Positions 10,032-19,281 of a stretch of 64,000 bases of DNA are shown here, piece by piece. The position numbers and the translations under genes were made by a program. Where the stretch lies: positions 26,035-90,034 of the forward strand of contig CAIKZO010000132.1 in the NCBI GenBank assembly GCA_903832005.1, written 5' to 3'. A model generated the notes under the pieces. The model did no database searches. It had not been told where the DNA came from and saw nothing but the letters and a program-made list of their open reading frames with translations. The stretch's first letter is position 1; every line of letters starts with the position of its first letter. The DNA is from Enhydrobacter aerosaccus (GTDB lineage Bacteria; Pseudomonadota; Alphaproteobacteria; Reyranellales; Reyranellaceae).

Positions 10032-11330
10032 ATGCCCACGCTCATCGCCACCACCCGGAGCGGCGTCCGCCCTCTGGGCGTGCGCGGCGAGCCCTTGCAC
10101 AATGCGGCAGCGCAGATTCGACGCGTGGTCCGTCGGCGGCTGGGCGATGCCGCGGCCGACCTGCTGGCCGAACCGCAGCTCCATGAAGATGGCAGCGCGA
10201 TCGACTGGTACGCCGACTGGACGGGCGACGTCCGTCAGGTGGCGAACCTCCCGCCCGCCGAACGGAGCGCAATCCTCTCCCGGGTCGATGCCTCCCTCGC
10301 CGACATCGCGAGCCTCGGCCAGACGCTGAAGGGCGCGGGCGACGGCGACGACATGGGCGTGGTCGGCCGCTCGCTGCAGCTTGCCGCCAAGCGACCCGCC
10401 GAGTCGTTCGTCTTTCTGGTGGGCGATCGGCCCGCGGTCGTGTGTTGGGGCTACGAGAAGGAAGCGGCCAACGCGCTGCTGCCGACGTCCTTGCCCAAGG
10501 CCCCGATCGCCGTCCCGCAGCATCAGCCGGTGCTCGCCGCGACGCGGCTGCCGATTTCCGTGCCCGCTGCCGCAACGACGATCCCCTGGGTGCGGACCCT
10601 GCTCGCGGCGCTGCCGCTGTTGCTGTTGTTGCTGGCCGGTGCGTGGCTGCTGCGTGACTGGCTACCGGGCGATCCGGCGACCGCGATGGCGCTGCACGAA
10701 GGCCCTGCCCGTCCGCCCGCGCCAACCATCGCCGATCCGCTGCCGGTATTGAAGGCCTCGCTCGCCACCGAGCAGGCGCGCGCCAAGGCGTTGGCGATAG
10801 AGATCGGCGATATCCAAGCCGAGTTGAAGAAACGCGTCGCCGACTGCAAGCCGCCTGAACCACCCAAGCCGCCGCAGACGGCGATGGTGCAGCCCAAGCC
10901 CGCCCCGCCGCCGTCTCCTCCACAGCCGCAACCGGTGCCACGTGCGCCGGGCGACAATCGCCTGCGCATGCCGAACCAGCCGACCAACGACTATTCCTTC
11001 ATGGCCGGCTGCTGGCGCACCGATCCGTTCCGGCATGAGACCGTGCAGGCGCAGCCCGGTATCTCGTCCTACTGCTTTGACGCCAGCGGCCGCGGCCAGC
11101 TCGAGTGGCGGCGCGGACGCACGGCCTGCCGCACGCGCGCCCAGGCGCAGTTCACCGGGTCGAACCTGGCGCTGCGCGACGGCGACACGACCTGCAACGA
11201 CGGCTCGCACTGGTATGCCGACCAGCTCACCTGCCAGCGCGGCGCCGACAATGTCGCCTTCTGCAGCGGCAGCTCGCGCGGCGCTTATGGGCCGACCTCC
11301 TGGACGGTCAATCTACACAAGGTAGACTAA
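10032..11330 (+). CDS. Hypothetical bitopic membrane protein: cytoplasmic N-domain, single TM, Pro-rich linker, coiled-coil segment, Cys/Trp-containing C-terminal domain
   Basis: 432-aa ORF. TM helix LLAALPLLLLLLAGAWLL at ~aa 190. PPEPPKPPQTAMVQPKPAPPPSPPQPQPVP linker. C-terminal ~110 aa contain 8 Cys. No family recognised. Confidence 0.55.
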   Translation: MPTLIATTRSGVRPLGVRGEPLHNAAAQIRRVVRRRLGDAAADLLAEPQLHEDGSAIDWYADWTGDVRQVANLPPAERSAILSRVDASLADIASLGQTLKGAGDGDDMGVVGRSLQLAAKRPAESFVFLVGDRPAVVCWGYEKEAANALLPTSLPKAPIAVPQHQPVLAATRLPISVPAAATTIPWVRTLLAALPLLLLLLAGAWLLRDWLPGDPATAMALHEGPARPPAPTIADPLPVLKASLATEQARAKALAIEIGDIQAELKKRVADCKPPEPPKPPQTAMVQPKPAPPPSPPQPQPVPRAPGDNRLRMPNQPTNDYSFMAGCWRTDPFRHETVQAQPGISSYCFDASGRGQLEWRRGRTACRTRAQAQFTGSNLALRDGDTTCNDGSHWYADQLTCQRGADNVAFCSGSSRGAYGPTSWTVNLHKVD

Positions 11331-11335
11331 CTCCC

Positions 11336-12058
11336 GTGTCCCTCTCCGCGCGCGTCACCTGGCGCAGCTTCCGGGCCGGCGCCCTGCGCATGATCCTGCC
11401 CGGGCTGGCCTCGCTTCCCTTCGGCATCGGCTTCGGTGTTGCGGCGGCCCACAAGGGCCTGTCCACGCTCGAGACCACGATCATGAGCTTCACCGTGATG
11501 GCCGGCACCGCTCAGATGGTGGCGCTCGACCTGTGGGCGCGTCCGCTGCCGCTGCTCGCCCTGTTCATCACCGTGTTCGTGGCCAACCTGCGCTACTTCG
11601 TGATGGGCGCGGCCCTGCAGCCTTTCCTGCCGCAGCTCGCCTGGTACAAGCAGCCGCTCGTGTGGTTCGTCACCGTCGACCAGAACTGGGCGGTCAACAT
11701 CGCCGAATACCAGCGCGGCAAGGGCGACCTCGGCAAGTTCATCGGCGGCGGCCTCGTCATGGCGCTGATCTGGACCGGCTCGACCCTGCTGGGCGGCCTC
11801 GCCGCCAACGGGCTGCTCTCCGATCCGAACCTCGTGCGCAGGCTCGGTCTCGATTTCGTCGGCGTCGCAGTGTTCGTCGTGGTGGCGGCGATGCTGTTCC
11901 GCGGCAAGCGCGACCTCGCCCCGTGGGCGGTCGCGATCGTGGCGGCGCTAGGCGCCAAATGGCTGTTCGCGGGCAACTGGTACATCGTCGTGGGCGGCAT
12001 GGCGGGCGGTCTGTTCGGCGCCTTCCTGGAGATGAGGCGCGGCGATGCTCCACGCTGA
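11336..12058 (+). CDS. azlC: Branched-chain amino acid exporter permease AzlC
   Basis: Multi-TM AzlC-family protein with conserved N-terminal region (RAGALRMILPGLASLPFGIGFG). GTG 11336 is the likely start; the track ORF begins further upstream, overlapping the previous gene. Overlaps azlD by 14 nt. Confidence 0.75.
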   Translation: MSLSARVTWRSFRAGALRMILPGLASLPFGIGFGVAAAHKGLSTLETTIMSFTVMAGTAQMVALDLWARPLPLLALFITVFVANLRYFVMGAALQPFLPQLAWYKQPLVWFVTVDQNWAVNIAEYQRGKGDLGKFIGGGLVMALIWTGSTLLGGLAANGLLSDPNLVRRLGLDFVGVAVFVVVAAMLFRGKRDLAPWAVAIVAALGAKWLFAGNWYIVVGGMAGGLFGAFLEMRRGDAPR

Positions 12059-12350
12059 TACGCTGGTCGCGATCGCGGTGATGGCGCTGGCGGCGCTCGC
12101 GGCCAAGGGCGGCGGGTTCGTGGCGATGCGCTGGCTGGGACGGCACCGCTTCGTCAGCGCGTGGCTACGGCACGCGCCAGGCGCAGTGCTGGTGTCGGCC
12201 GCCGTCGTACCGCTTGTGCAGAACGGCGGCGCCTACATGGCGGGGGCTGTGGCGGGTGCAGTGGTGACTCGCACCGCCGGCGGCTTCACGATGGGTCTCT
12301 TCGCCGCCGTCGGCGCGGTCGCTCTGGCCCGCGCAGCGGGCATCCAATAA
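12045..12350 (+). CDS. azlD: Branched-chain amino acid transport protein AzlD
   Basis: 101-aa small hydrophobic protein immediately downstream of azlC. Confidence 0.7.
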   Translation: MLHADTLVAIAVMALAALAAKGGGFVAMRWLGRHRFVSAWLRHAPGAVLVSAAVVPLVQNGGAYMAGAVAGAVVTRTAGGFTMGLFAAVGAVALARAAGIQ

Positions 12351-12387
12351 AGGGGCCGCTGGGCGGGCGTGCCGTAGCTAGCGGATG

Positions 12388-12570
12388 CTAGTGCTCGGTC
12401 TCGTCGCGCGGACGTAACCGCGTGATCTCGTCCTTGATCTGAAGTTTACGCTTCTTGAGGCTGCAGATCGCATCGTCGTTCGGATGCGGTCTCGAGACCT
12501 CCTGCCCGATCGCATGCTCCAGCGAAGCATGCTTGGCCTTCAACGCTTCGATATGGTCCATCGCGCTCAT
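12388..12570 (-). CDS. DUF465 (YdcH-like) small protein, copy 1
   Basis: MSAMDHIEALKAKHASLEHAIGQE...LKKRKLQIKDEITRL matches DUF465. Start placed at the internal Met. The track ORF extends to 12666. Confidence 0.6.
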   Translation of the reverse strand: MSAMDHIEALKAKHASLEHAIGQEVSRPHPNDDAICSLKKRKLQIKDEITRLRPRDETEH

Positions 12571-12677
12571 CTCGCTGACCTCCGATGCCTGTTGTCGACG
12601 CCGAAATCCTGACTCCGACATTGGACCGAGTCCACCGCGAATCAACCGTCTCCCACCGTTGTGCATAAAACGATAGG

Positions 12678-13253
12678 ATGGTCAGCATGGCTGACCCTAA
12701 GTCTCGTCTGATTGTTGGAATCTCCGGCGCGTCCGGGGTGATCTATGGCGTGCGCCTGCTCGAGGCGCTGCAGGAATTGCCGGTCGAGACGCATCTCGTC
12801 ATGACGCGGACCGCGGAGGTCACGCTGGCGCATGAAACGGAGTTGAAGGTCGCGGACGTTCGGCGGCTCGCGGATGTGGCATATAAAATAGACGACCTTG
12901 CCGCTGCGGTTTCGAGTGGGTCATTCCGGACCATGGGTATGGTCGTGGTGCCCTGTTCGATGCGCAGCCTTGGCGAGATCGCCCACGGCATCACCAGCAA
13001 TCTGCTGACGCGAGCCGCCGACGTCGTACTCAAGGAACACCGCCGCCTTGTTTTAGTTGCCCGGGAAACACCGATTCATGCGATTCATCTGCGCAACATG
13101 CTGACACTGTCAGAAATGGGCGCTGTGATCGCCCCGCCGATGCCCGCTTTCTACAACAGGCCCAAGACCTTGGATGACATCGTTAACCATACTGTCGGCC
13201 GGGTCCTCGATCTGTTCAATCTGGACACTGGCAAGGTCAAACGCTGGGACTGA
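12678..13253 (+). CDS. ubiX: UbiX-family flavin prenyltransferase
   Basis: RLIVGISGASGVIYGVRLLEAL flavoprotein motif. 191 aa. A second in-frame ATG at 12687 with better SD spacing (AGGA at 12675) may be the real start. Confidence 0.85.
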   Translation: MVSMADPKSRLIVGISGASGVIYGVRLLEALQELPVETHLVMTRTAEVTLAHETELKVADVRRLADVAYKIDDLAAAVSSGSFRTMGMVVVPCSMRSLGEIAHGITSNLLTRAADVVLKEHRRLVLVARETPIHAIHLRNMLTLSEMGAVIAPPMPAFYNRPKTLDDIVNHTVGRVLDLFNLDTGKVKRWD

Positions 13254-13800
13254 GTCCGACCGCTTCGGCGATTTCACCTGCGCTCACTGCGCCCACCGCC
13301 CCAAAGGCCCCGCGCAGCAGGGCCGACACCGCCCGCCGGTCGGCGTCGTCCGGCACCACTCCCAGGCAGAGCGCATAGACGGCGAGATTGCCGATCGCTG
13401 CCCGCAGGCGCTTTTCCACCGGCCGGTCCCGGTCGGCCAGCGGGGCATAAAGGTCGACCAGCTTGAGCTGTTCGGCATGCTCGGCGGCCAGTTCGGCGTC
13501 CGCGACCCGGCGGCGGGTGGCATCGGCGACCTCCTGGGGCAGGTCCTTCAGCCGGCGCCGGACCTCGCGCAGGGGCCTTACGACCTCGGCCTGCCACGGG
13601 TCGCTTTCGGCGAGGATGGAGCGCAGGCGGTCTGCGGTCAGGGTGGGCCGGCCGGAGGCGCCCAGCCAGCAGCAGAACAGCAGGATATTGACGTCGCAGC
13701 CGCGCCGCTCCTGCAGGTCGAGGCAGGCCCCGGAGACGCCCTCGGCGGAATAGATTTCCAGAGAGAAGTTCCAGAACGGATGGGGCAGAAAGTCGGACAT
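13237..13800 (-). CDS. DUF2390/TIGR02444-family hypothetical protein
   Basis: Start set at MSDFLPHPFWNFSLEIYSAEGVSGACLDLQERRGCDVNILLFCCWLG (ATG at 13800). The track ORF runs to 13923. Converges on ubiX, with a 17-nt 3' overlap. Confidence 0.6.
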   Translation of the reverse strand: MSDFLPHPFWNFSLEIYSAEGVSGACLDLQERRGCDVNILLFCCWLGASGRPTLTADRLRSILAESDPWQAEVVRPLREVRRRLKDLPQEVADATRRRVADAELAAEHAEQLKLVDLYAPLADRDRPVEKRLRAAIGNLAVYALCLGVVPDDADRRAVSALLRGAFGAVGAVSAGEIAEAVGLSPSV

Positions 13801-13842
13801 GCTTCCCTTGCTGGGGGCGAAGGGGTACACGGCGCGACGGCG

Positions 13843-14070
13843 ATGAGCAACGACGACTCCTCCGAGACCACGCTCGACAACGAGGCGACCAACGCCCGGC
13901 TGGAAGAGCTGCGCATCGAGCACCGCGACCTCGACGATGTGATCGACCGTCTGATCGAGAAGGCGCCGTTCGACCAGCTCCAGCTACAGCGGCTGAAGAA
14001 GCGCAAGCTCGGCCTGAAAGACCAGATTCTCCGGTTGGAAAGCCGGCTCATTCCCGACATCATCGCCTGA
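13843..14070 (+). CDS. DUF465 (YdcH-like) small protein, copy 2
   Basis: C-terminal DDVIDRL...[26 protein letters not shown] matches DUF465. ATG at 13843 lies inside a longer track ORF (13174..14070). Ends 5 nt before purE. Confidence 0.6.
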   Translation: MSNDDSSETTLDNEATNARLEELRIEHRDLDDVIDRLIEKAPFDQLQLQRLKKRKLGLKDQILRLESRLIPDIIA

Positions 14071-14074
14071 GAAT

Positions 14075-14596
14075 TTGATGGCCAAAGCGACAAAGAAGCC
14101 GGTAGTCGGCATCATCATGGGCAGCCAGTCGGACTGGGCGACCATGCACCATGCCGCCGATACGCTGGCGGCCCTCGGAATCCCCTGCGAGACCCGCATC
14201 GTTTCCGCCCACCGCACCCCTAAGCGTCTGTTCTCCTATGCGTCGGGGGCCAAGGCCCGCGGCCTGAAAGTGATCATCGCGGGCGCCGGCGGGGCTGCTC
14301 ACCTGCCCGGCATGACCGCCTCGATGACGCCGCTGCCCGTGCTCGGCGTGCCGGTCGAGAGCGCGGCGCTGAAGGGCATGGATAGCCTCCTCTCCATCGT
14401 GCAGATGCCGGCCGGTATTCCGGTGGGCACCTTGGCGATCGGCCGTGCCGGCGCGATCAACGCCGCCCTGCTGGCGGCCAGCATCGTGGGCCTCGGCGAC
14501 GCCAAGGCGATGGCGGCCGTGGAACGGTGGCGCGCGAAGCAGACCGACGCGGTGGCGAAAGCGCCGAAAGACGACCCCGTTCCCGCTCACCGCTGA
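14075..14596 (+). CDS. purE: N5-carboxyaminoimidazole ribonucleotide mutase PurE
   Basis: [11 protein letters not shown] and [10 protein letters not shown] motifs. 173 aa. Confidence 0.92.
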   Translation: MMAKATKKPVVGIIMGSQSDWATMHHAADTLAALGIPCETRIVSAHRTPKRLFSYASGAKARGLKVIIAGAGGAAHLPGMTASMTPLPVLGVPVESAALKGMDSLLSIVQMPAGIPVGTLAIGRAGAINAALLAASIVGLGDAKAMAAVERWRAKQTDAVAKAPKDDPVPAHR

Positions 14597-15657
14597 TGGC
14601 TCCGAAGATCCTGCCGCCGGGTTCGACCATCGGCATCCTGGGCGGCGGCCAGTTGGGCCGCATGACGGCGCTCGCTGCGGCGCGGCTGGGTTACCAGTGC
14701 ATCGTTTACGCGCCGGACGATGAATCGATCGCCGGCCAGATCGCCACGGTCTACGTCCAGGCCGACTATGACGACGCGCTGGCGCTCGAATGGTTTGCCG
14801 AGCACGTCGACGTCATCACCTACGAATTCGAGAACGTGCCGGAAGCGACGGTGCTTGCCTGCGAGAAGATGAAGCCGGTGCGGCCGGGCGTGACGCCGAT
14901 CCACTTCGCGCAGCACCGCATTCGCGAGAAGGACTTTCTCCGGAAGGCGGGCATCGGCACGGCCGACTATCAGCCGATCTATACCGAGGCCGACATCGAG
15001 AAGGCCACGGCGCTCCCCGGTATCCTCAAGACCTGCACCGACGGCTACGACGGCAAGGGACAGGCGAAGGTCGCGACCAGGGACGGCATCAAGGCGGCCT
15101 GGGAGAAGTTCGGCCGGCGCGAGTGCATCCTGGAATCGCTGGTCGATTTCCAGTGCGAGGTCTCGGCCATCGTCGCGCGCGGCCTCGACGGCACGACAAG
15201 ATGTTTCCCGATCGGCCGCAACGAGCATCGCGACGGCATCCTGCGCACGACGCATGTTCCGTCAGGGCTCGATGACGCGGTGATAAAGAAGGCCGAAGCC
15301 TTCGGGATCAAGCTCGCCGAGAGCCTCGACCTGGTCGGGCTGGTGGCGCTCGAGATGTTCGTGACGCGCGACGGTCGCGTGCTGGCCAACGAGATGGCGC
15401 CGCGTCCGCATAACTCCGGCCACTGGACGATGGACGCCTGCGCCACCAGCCAGTTCGAGCAGCTGGTGCGCGCGATCTGCGGCCTGCCGCTGGGCAGCGT
15501 CGAGGTGCTGGCGCCCTCGCGGATGGAGAATCTGATCGGCGATGAGGCCAACGACTGGATGAAGTATCTCGCCGATCCGACGGCGCGGCTGCACCTCTAC
15601 GGCAAGAGTAAAGCCCGCCCCGGTCGCAAGATGGGCCATGTAACCTACCTTACATAG
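14596..15657 (+). CDS. purK: N5-carboxyaminoimidazole ribonucleotide synthase PurK
   Basis: ATP-grasp enzyme. Start [23 protein letters not shown] overlaps the purE stop (ATGA). The track ORF begins upstream at 14527. Confidence 0.9.
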   Translation: MAPKILPPGSTIGILGGGQLGRMTALAAARLGYQCIVYAPDDESIAGQIATVYVQADYDDALALEWFAEHVDVITYEFENVPEATVLACEKMKPVRPGVTPIHFAQHRIREKDFLRKAGIGTADYQPIYTEADIEKATALPGILKTCTDGYDGKGQAKVATRDGIKAAWEKFGRRECILESLVDFQCEVSAIVARGLDGTTRCFPIGRNEHRDGILRTTHVPSGLDDAVIKKAEAFGIKLAESLDLVGLVALEMFVTRDGRVLANEMAPRPHNSGHWTMDACATSQFEQLVRAICGLPLGSVEVLAPSRMENLIGDEANDWMKYLADPTARLHLYGKSKARPGRKMGHVTYLT

Positions 15658-15800
15658 CGTCGCAACAATCTGCATCGACTTGCCGTCGTGACAACCGGTG
15701 GTTTAGCGATTGGATATGCGGCAACGCAGACCCGCTCGCCATGAATTGTAATACACCGTGTGATATCCCTCGTTAGTCGTATGACTTTCGGGGGAAGAAA

Positions 15801-17096
15801 ATGGCTGCGTTCAATGTAATCATCGTTTTGCCGGGCACGACCGGCACAAGTCTCGTTCAGAGTCAGAGTGACGAGACCAGTTCGACGCCGTTCTGGATGG
15901 ACTTGGCAATCAAGGAAGGCGCCGTAACTCCGACCCTTGCCGCCGCTCAATTGGTCGCCCCGCTGTGGGCCGGCACGCCCGGCGGCTACGGTAAGGACAC
16001 CGGCTACGCCTCGCTGATCAACACGCTGTGCGCCGCGAGCGGCTATACGCAACTCTACGCCTCCTGGCCGACCAACGACCCGGCGACCTTCAACGGCGAT
16101 ACGACGACGGCATGGCTGCCCAATAAAAACGTGCTCACCGCCAGCACGGTGATCGGCTGGGGCTACGACTGGCGGCAGGACAATCTCGTCACGGCGAAGA
16201 TGCTGCAGAATTTCCTCTCCTGCCTGTGGGCGAACAACCAAGGCAACATCGGCACGATCACGCTGATCGGCCACAGCATGGGCGGCCTGGTCTCGCGCGC
16301 CTATCTCGAATACGTCGGCTCCAAAGACCCGTGGTTCTCCAACATCGACCAGCTGATCACGCTGGGCACGCCGCATCTCGGCGCGCCGCTGGCCATGGCG
16401 CCGATCTCGGAGACCATGACGGTCACCGTCGGCGGCAAGGGCAACGCCAACTTCTTCCTCAAGCTGTGGGGTGATGCCCTGGGCATCCTGAAGCAGGACG
16501 CCGTCGACAATGTCATCAAGATGATCGAGCTGGTCATCAACGACGGCCACGACAAGGGCAAGGACGGCACCCAGGGCATGGGTGTCAGCACTTATCAGCT
16601 CCTGCCGCCGCCCAACGTCGCGACAAACACGGCGGACGCGAGCCTGATCGACTTCATCACCGATGTCGTCGCCGGCAAGACCTACAACGTCGGCAATATG
16701 CCGGCGGCGGTGCTGAAGCTTATTCCCGACCTGAACCAGGCGAACCTGGCCGGCGCGGAGAATTACTTCAGCAAGCTCAACTACACGGCCAATCCCATCC
16801 CGTACAATTGCATCTACGGCGTGGTGAATGCCCAGAACCCGAGCCTCGACCCGTCGCTGCAGGGCGTGCTCACCACCACCACGGGCTTCAGCTACGACTC
16901 CGGGAACAACACCTTCCTGTCGGTCGACACCGTGGGCGGCGGCGACCTCGTGGTGCCGATCGCCAGCGCCATGTTCGCCAGCAATACCTCGAGCAGCGTC
17001 ACGACGTTCGAAGTGCTGGGTTGCGACCACATCACCATGCCGGGCAACCAGCTGGTGCAGAACAAGGTCAGAGCCTGGCTGAACTTTCCGGCCTGA
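15801..17096 (+). CDS. Alpha/beta-hydrolase, LCAT/PGAP1/lipase class 2-like (putative lipase/phospholipase); lower-GC gene
   Basis: N-terminal VIIVLPGTTGTSL loop and nucleophile elbow IGHSMGGLVSRAYL. No signal peptide. Strong RBS GGGGGAAGAAAATG. Local GC is clearly below window background. Confidence 0.7.
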   Translation: MAAFNVIIVLPGTTGTSLVQSQSDETSSTPFWMDLAIKEGAVTPTLAAAQLVAPLWAGTPGGYGKDTGYASLINTLCAASGYTQLYASWPTNDPATFNGDTTTAWLPNKNVLTASTVIGWGYDWRQDNLVTAKMLQNFLSCLWANNQGNIGTITLIGHSMGGLVSRAYLEYVGSKDPWFSNIDQLITLGTPHLGAPLAMAPISETMTVTVGGKGNANFFLKLWGDALGILKQDAVDNVIKMIELVINDGHDKGKDGTQGMGVSTYQLLPPPNVATNTADASLIDFITDVVAGKTYNVGNMPAAVLKLIPDLNQANLAGAENYFSKLNYTANPIPYNCIYGVVNAQNPSLDPSLQGVLTTTTGFSYDSGNNTFLSVDTVGGGDLVVPIASAMFASNTSSSVTTFEVLGCDHITMPGNQLVQNKVRAWLNFPA

Positions 17097-17097
17097 G

Positions 17098-17745
17098 CTA
17101 GCGCCGCGTGGCCCCTGCCCGCGTGCGGGCGCCGGGCCACGCGCGCACCTGGCTCTTGAACTTCTCGATCTGCATCAGATCTTCGAGGCGGCGATCCAGA
17201 AATGCCCACGTCGCCTCGCCGCCCTCGGAGCGGTCGTTCAACCAATAAAGAAGTGTCGCCGAGTAGACGCCCGCCAGGGTCGCCCGCTTGGTGTAGAAAT
17301 TGAAATCGACCGAGGCATCGCCGGCGGCGTACCAGATCGCGTCGACCGTTCGATAGAGCAGCTTCGCCCCCAGCACGGCATTGAGCGGCAAGGCCAGCAG
17401 CGACAGCGCCCGGCGCGCCGAGTCGGGCGTGCCGGTGTGCTTCTGCAGGCGGATACGGACGCCGGTGCGGATACGCTCGCGCACCTTCATGCCGGCGGTG
17501 CCGGCGGCCTCCATATCGGCCACAGTACGAGCATCCGCGCGGCTGCTGACATATTCCAGGATACCCAGCGGCCCTCCCGGAAAGAGCCGCAGTGCCTCGC
17601 CCTCGGGCAGCCCCAGCTCCTGGGCGGAAGCGGCGATCGTAGCCTCCGTCCACCCGTCGAAAGTGGCGTTGGCGGCCACGGTATCGGCCAGCCGGTCGCG
17701 GATTTCGGCGTCGGGATCGGAAAATGCGGTGTTTTCTGAACTCAT
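17098..17745 (-). CDS. COQ9-family protein (rpsU-divergently transcribed protein)
   Basis: 215 aa. Divergent from rpsU, the typical alphaproteobacterial arrangement, with COQ9-like sequence. Confidence 0.7.
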   Translation of the reverse strand: MSSENTAFSDPDAEIRDRLADTVAANATFDGWTEATIAASAQELGLPEGEALRLFPGGPLGILEYVSSRADARTVADMEAAGTAGMKVRERIRTGVRIRLQKHTGTPDSARRALSLLALPLNAVLGAKLLYRTVDAIWYAAGDASVDFNFYTKRATLAGVYSATLLYWLNDRSEGGEATWAFLDRRLEDLMQIEKFKSQVRAWPGARTRAGATRR

Positions 17746-17868
17746 GGGGGCAATATAGGGGGTGGATCACCCCTTCCCAAGGCGGAATGCCTGTGATACC
17801 TACGCGCCTCCTCATTCAGGCCCTGGAGCGTTTTCCGGGGCCATTCAGCTTGGAAGGAAGCGATCGCA

Positions 17869-18072
17869 GTGCAGGTCCTCGTCCGCGAAAACAATGTCGA
17901 TCAGGCGCTCCGCGTCCTGAAGAAGAAGATGCAGCGCGAAGGTATCTTCCGCGAGATGAAGCTCCGCCGGAACTATGAGAAGCCCTCCGAGCGCCGCGCC
18001 CGCGAACGTGCCGAAGCCATCCGTCGTACCCGCAAGCTGATGCGCAAGCGCATGGAGCGCGAGGGCTACTAG
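17869..18072 (+). CDS. rpsU: 30S ribosomal protein S21
   Basis: 67 aa [34 protein letters not shown]..., canonical S21. Confidence 0.95.
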   Translation: MQVLVRENNVDQALRVLKKKMQREGIFREMKLRRNYEKPSERRARERAEAIRRTRKLMRKRMEREGY

Positions 18073-18105
18073 CCCGACGCGGGCAGCGAACGGACGAAAC
18101 GACGA

Positions 18106-18134
18106 CCCCCGGCATCCCCGGGGGTTTTTGTTTG
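18106..18134 (+). terminator. Rho-independent terminator downstream of rpsU
   Basis: CCCCCGGcatCCCCGGGGG stem-loop followed by TTTTTGTTT. Confidence 0.8.
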
Positions 18135-18180
18135 TCCGCACGCCGCCGGCAGAAATGCTATTCTCCCTCCGGGGGAGACA

Positions 18181-19281
18181 TTGGACGACCGAGACCGGGG
18201 TGACAGCCTCATCGACGACCGCGCGTTCCGGCGGGAACAGGAAGCGCTTCGCAGCACGTGGACGTTTCTCGGTCTCACGGTCGACCTGCCGCGCGACCAC
18301 GACTGGTTCCGCACCAGCCTCGCTGGCCGATCGGTGTTCGTCCAACGCTTCGGCGAGCAGATCCTGGGCTTCGAGAACATCTGCCCGCACCGCTTCTTTC
18401 CGCTGCGCACCGCCGACAAGGGCAACGGCCAAATCATCTGCGGCTTTCACCATTGGCACTTCGACCGCCGTGACGACGCCGTCGGTATCCCGAACTGCCG
18501 CGAGGTGTTCGATCTCACGCCGCGCGAGATGAAGGCACGCCTCCGGCCAATCGAGATCGCGATGTGCGGCACCCTGATCTTCGGCCGCCTCGACGCCGCG
18601 CCGGATGCCGAGAGCCTCGAGGGCTTCCTGGCCGGCAGCGCCGACATCCTCGCCGCCTTCAGCCGCGCTCCGGTAAAGGTGCAGCGCTTCGGCCGAACGG
18701 TCGAGGCCAACTGGCGGCTCATGATCCAGATCACGCTCGACGACTATCACGTCCCCGCAGTTCATCAGCTTCGCAGTCATATCGGCGCCGCGGACTATCG
18801 CTACTGGCGCTTCGGCCCGCACAGCGCGATGGCCGAGGGCCATACCGATACGTTGCCCTCGACGGCCGAAGACTGCGCTGCCGGTCGCTACCGCCCGACC
18901 CGCTACAGGATCTTCAACATCTTCCCGACCCTTGCCGTCTCGCTTTTTTCGGCAAGCCACTATTGGTACATCGACATCCAGCAGTTCATCCCGCTGGCGC
19001 CGGCGCGGTCGCAGTGGCGACACTGGGTCTTCCCCGCACCGTTCCAGACGGCCCGGAAGAAGTTCGTCCGCAGCCTGACGCGTCCCCTTGTCGACCCGAT
19101 TCGCGACCGCATTGTCCGGCGTACCGTCGAAAGGATCGGCAATGAGGACCATCTGGCCTGCGAGCGTCTCCAGCAGGTGGCGCACCAGCCCGATCATTGG
19201 CAGCCAATTCTCGGCCGACAGGAGGAGCGTGTGGCCTGGTTCACCGAGGCCTATGCGAAGGCCGTGTCCGACGCGCCCTAG
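18181..19281 (+). CDS. Rieske [2Fe-2S] domain aromatic-ring-hydroxylating oxygenase alpha-subunit-like protein
   Basis: Rieske ligands CPHRF...CGFHHW, followed by an SRPBCC-like catalytic domain. 366 aa. Confidence 0.7.
   Translation: MDDRDRGDSLIDDRAFRREQEALRSTWTFLGLTVDLPRDHDWFRTSLAGRSVFVQRFGEQILGFENICPHRFFPLRTADKGNGQIICGFHHWHFDRRDDAVGIPNCREVFDLTPREMKARLRPIEIAMCGTLIFGRLDAAPDAESLEGFLAGSADILAAFSRAPVKVQRFGRTVEANWRLMIQITLDDYHVPAVHQLRSHIGAADYRYWRFGPHSAMAEGHTDTLPSTAEDCAAGRYRPTRYRIFNIFPTLAVSLFSASHYWYIDIQQFIPLAPARSQWRHWVFPAPFQTARKKFVRSLTRPLVDPIRDRIVRRTVERIGNEDHLACERLQQVAHQPDHWQPILGRQEERVAWFTEAYAKAVSDAP

Noticed and set aside
8073-10523. 816-aa minus-strand ORF (and the 8069..8383 minus-strand ORF) antisense to the acyl-CoA synthetase gene
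   Set aside because: Arg/Gly/Ala-rich antisense translation typical of high-GC DNA. The plus strand carries a clear AMP-binding enzyme.
13638-14093. 151-aa minus-strand ORF overlapping the DUF465 copy 2 and the DUF2390 upstream region
   Set aside because: Ser/Arg-rich low-complexity antisense ORF. The plus-strand DUF465 reading has a recognisable family signature.
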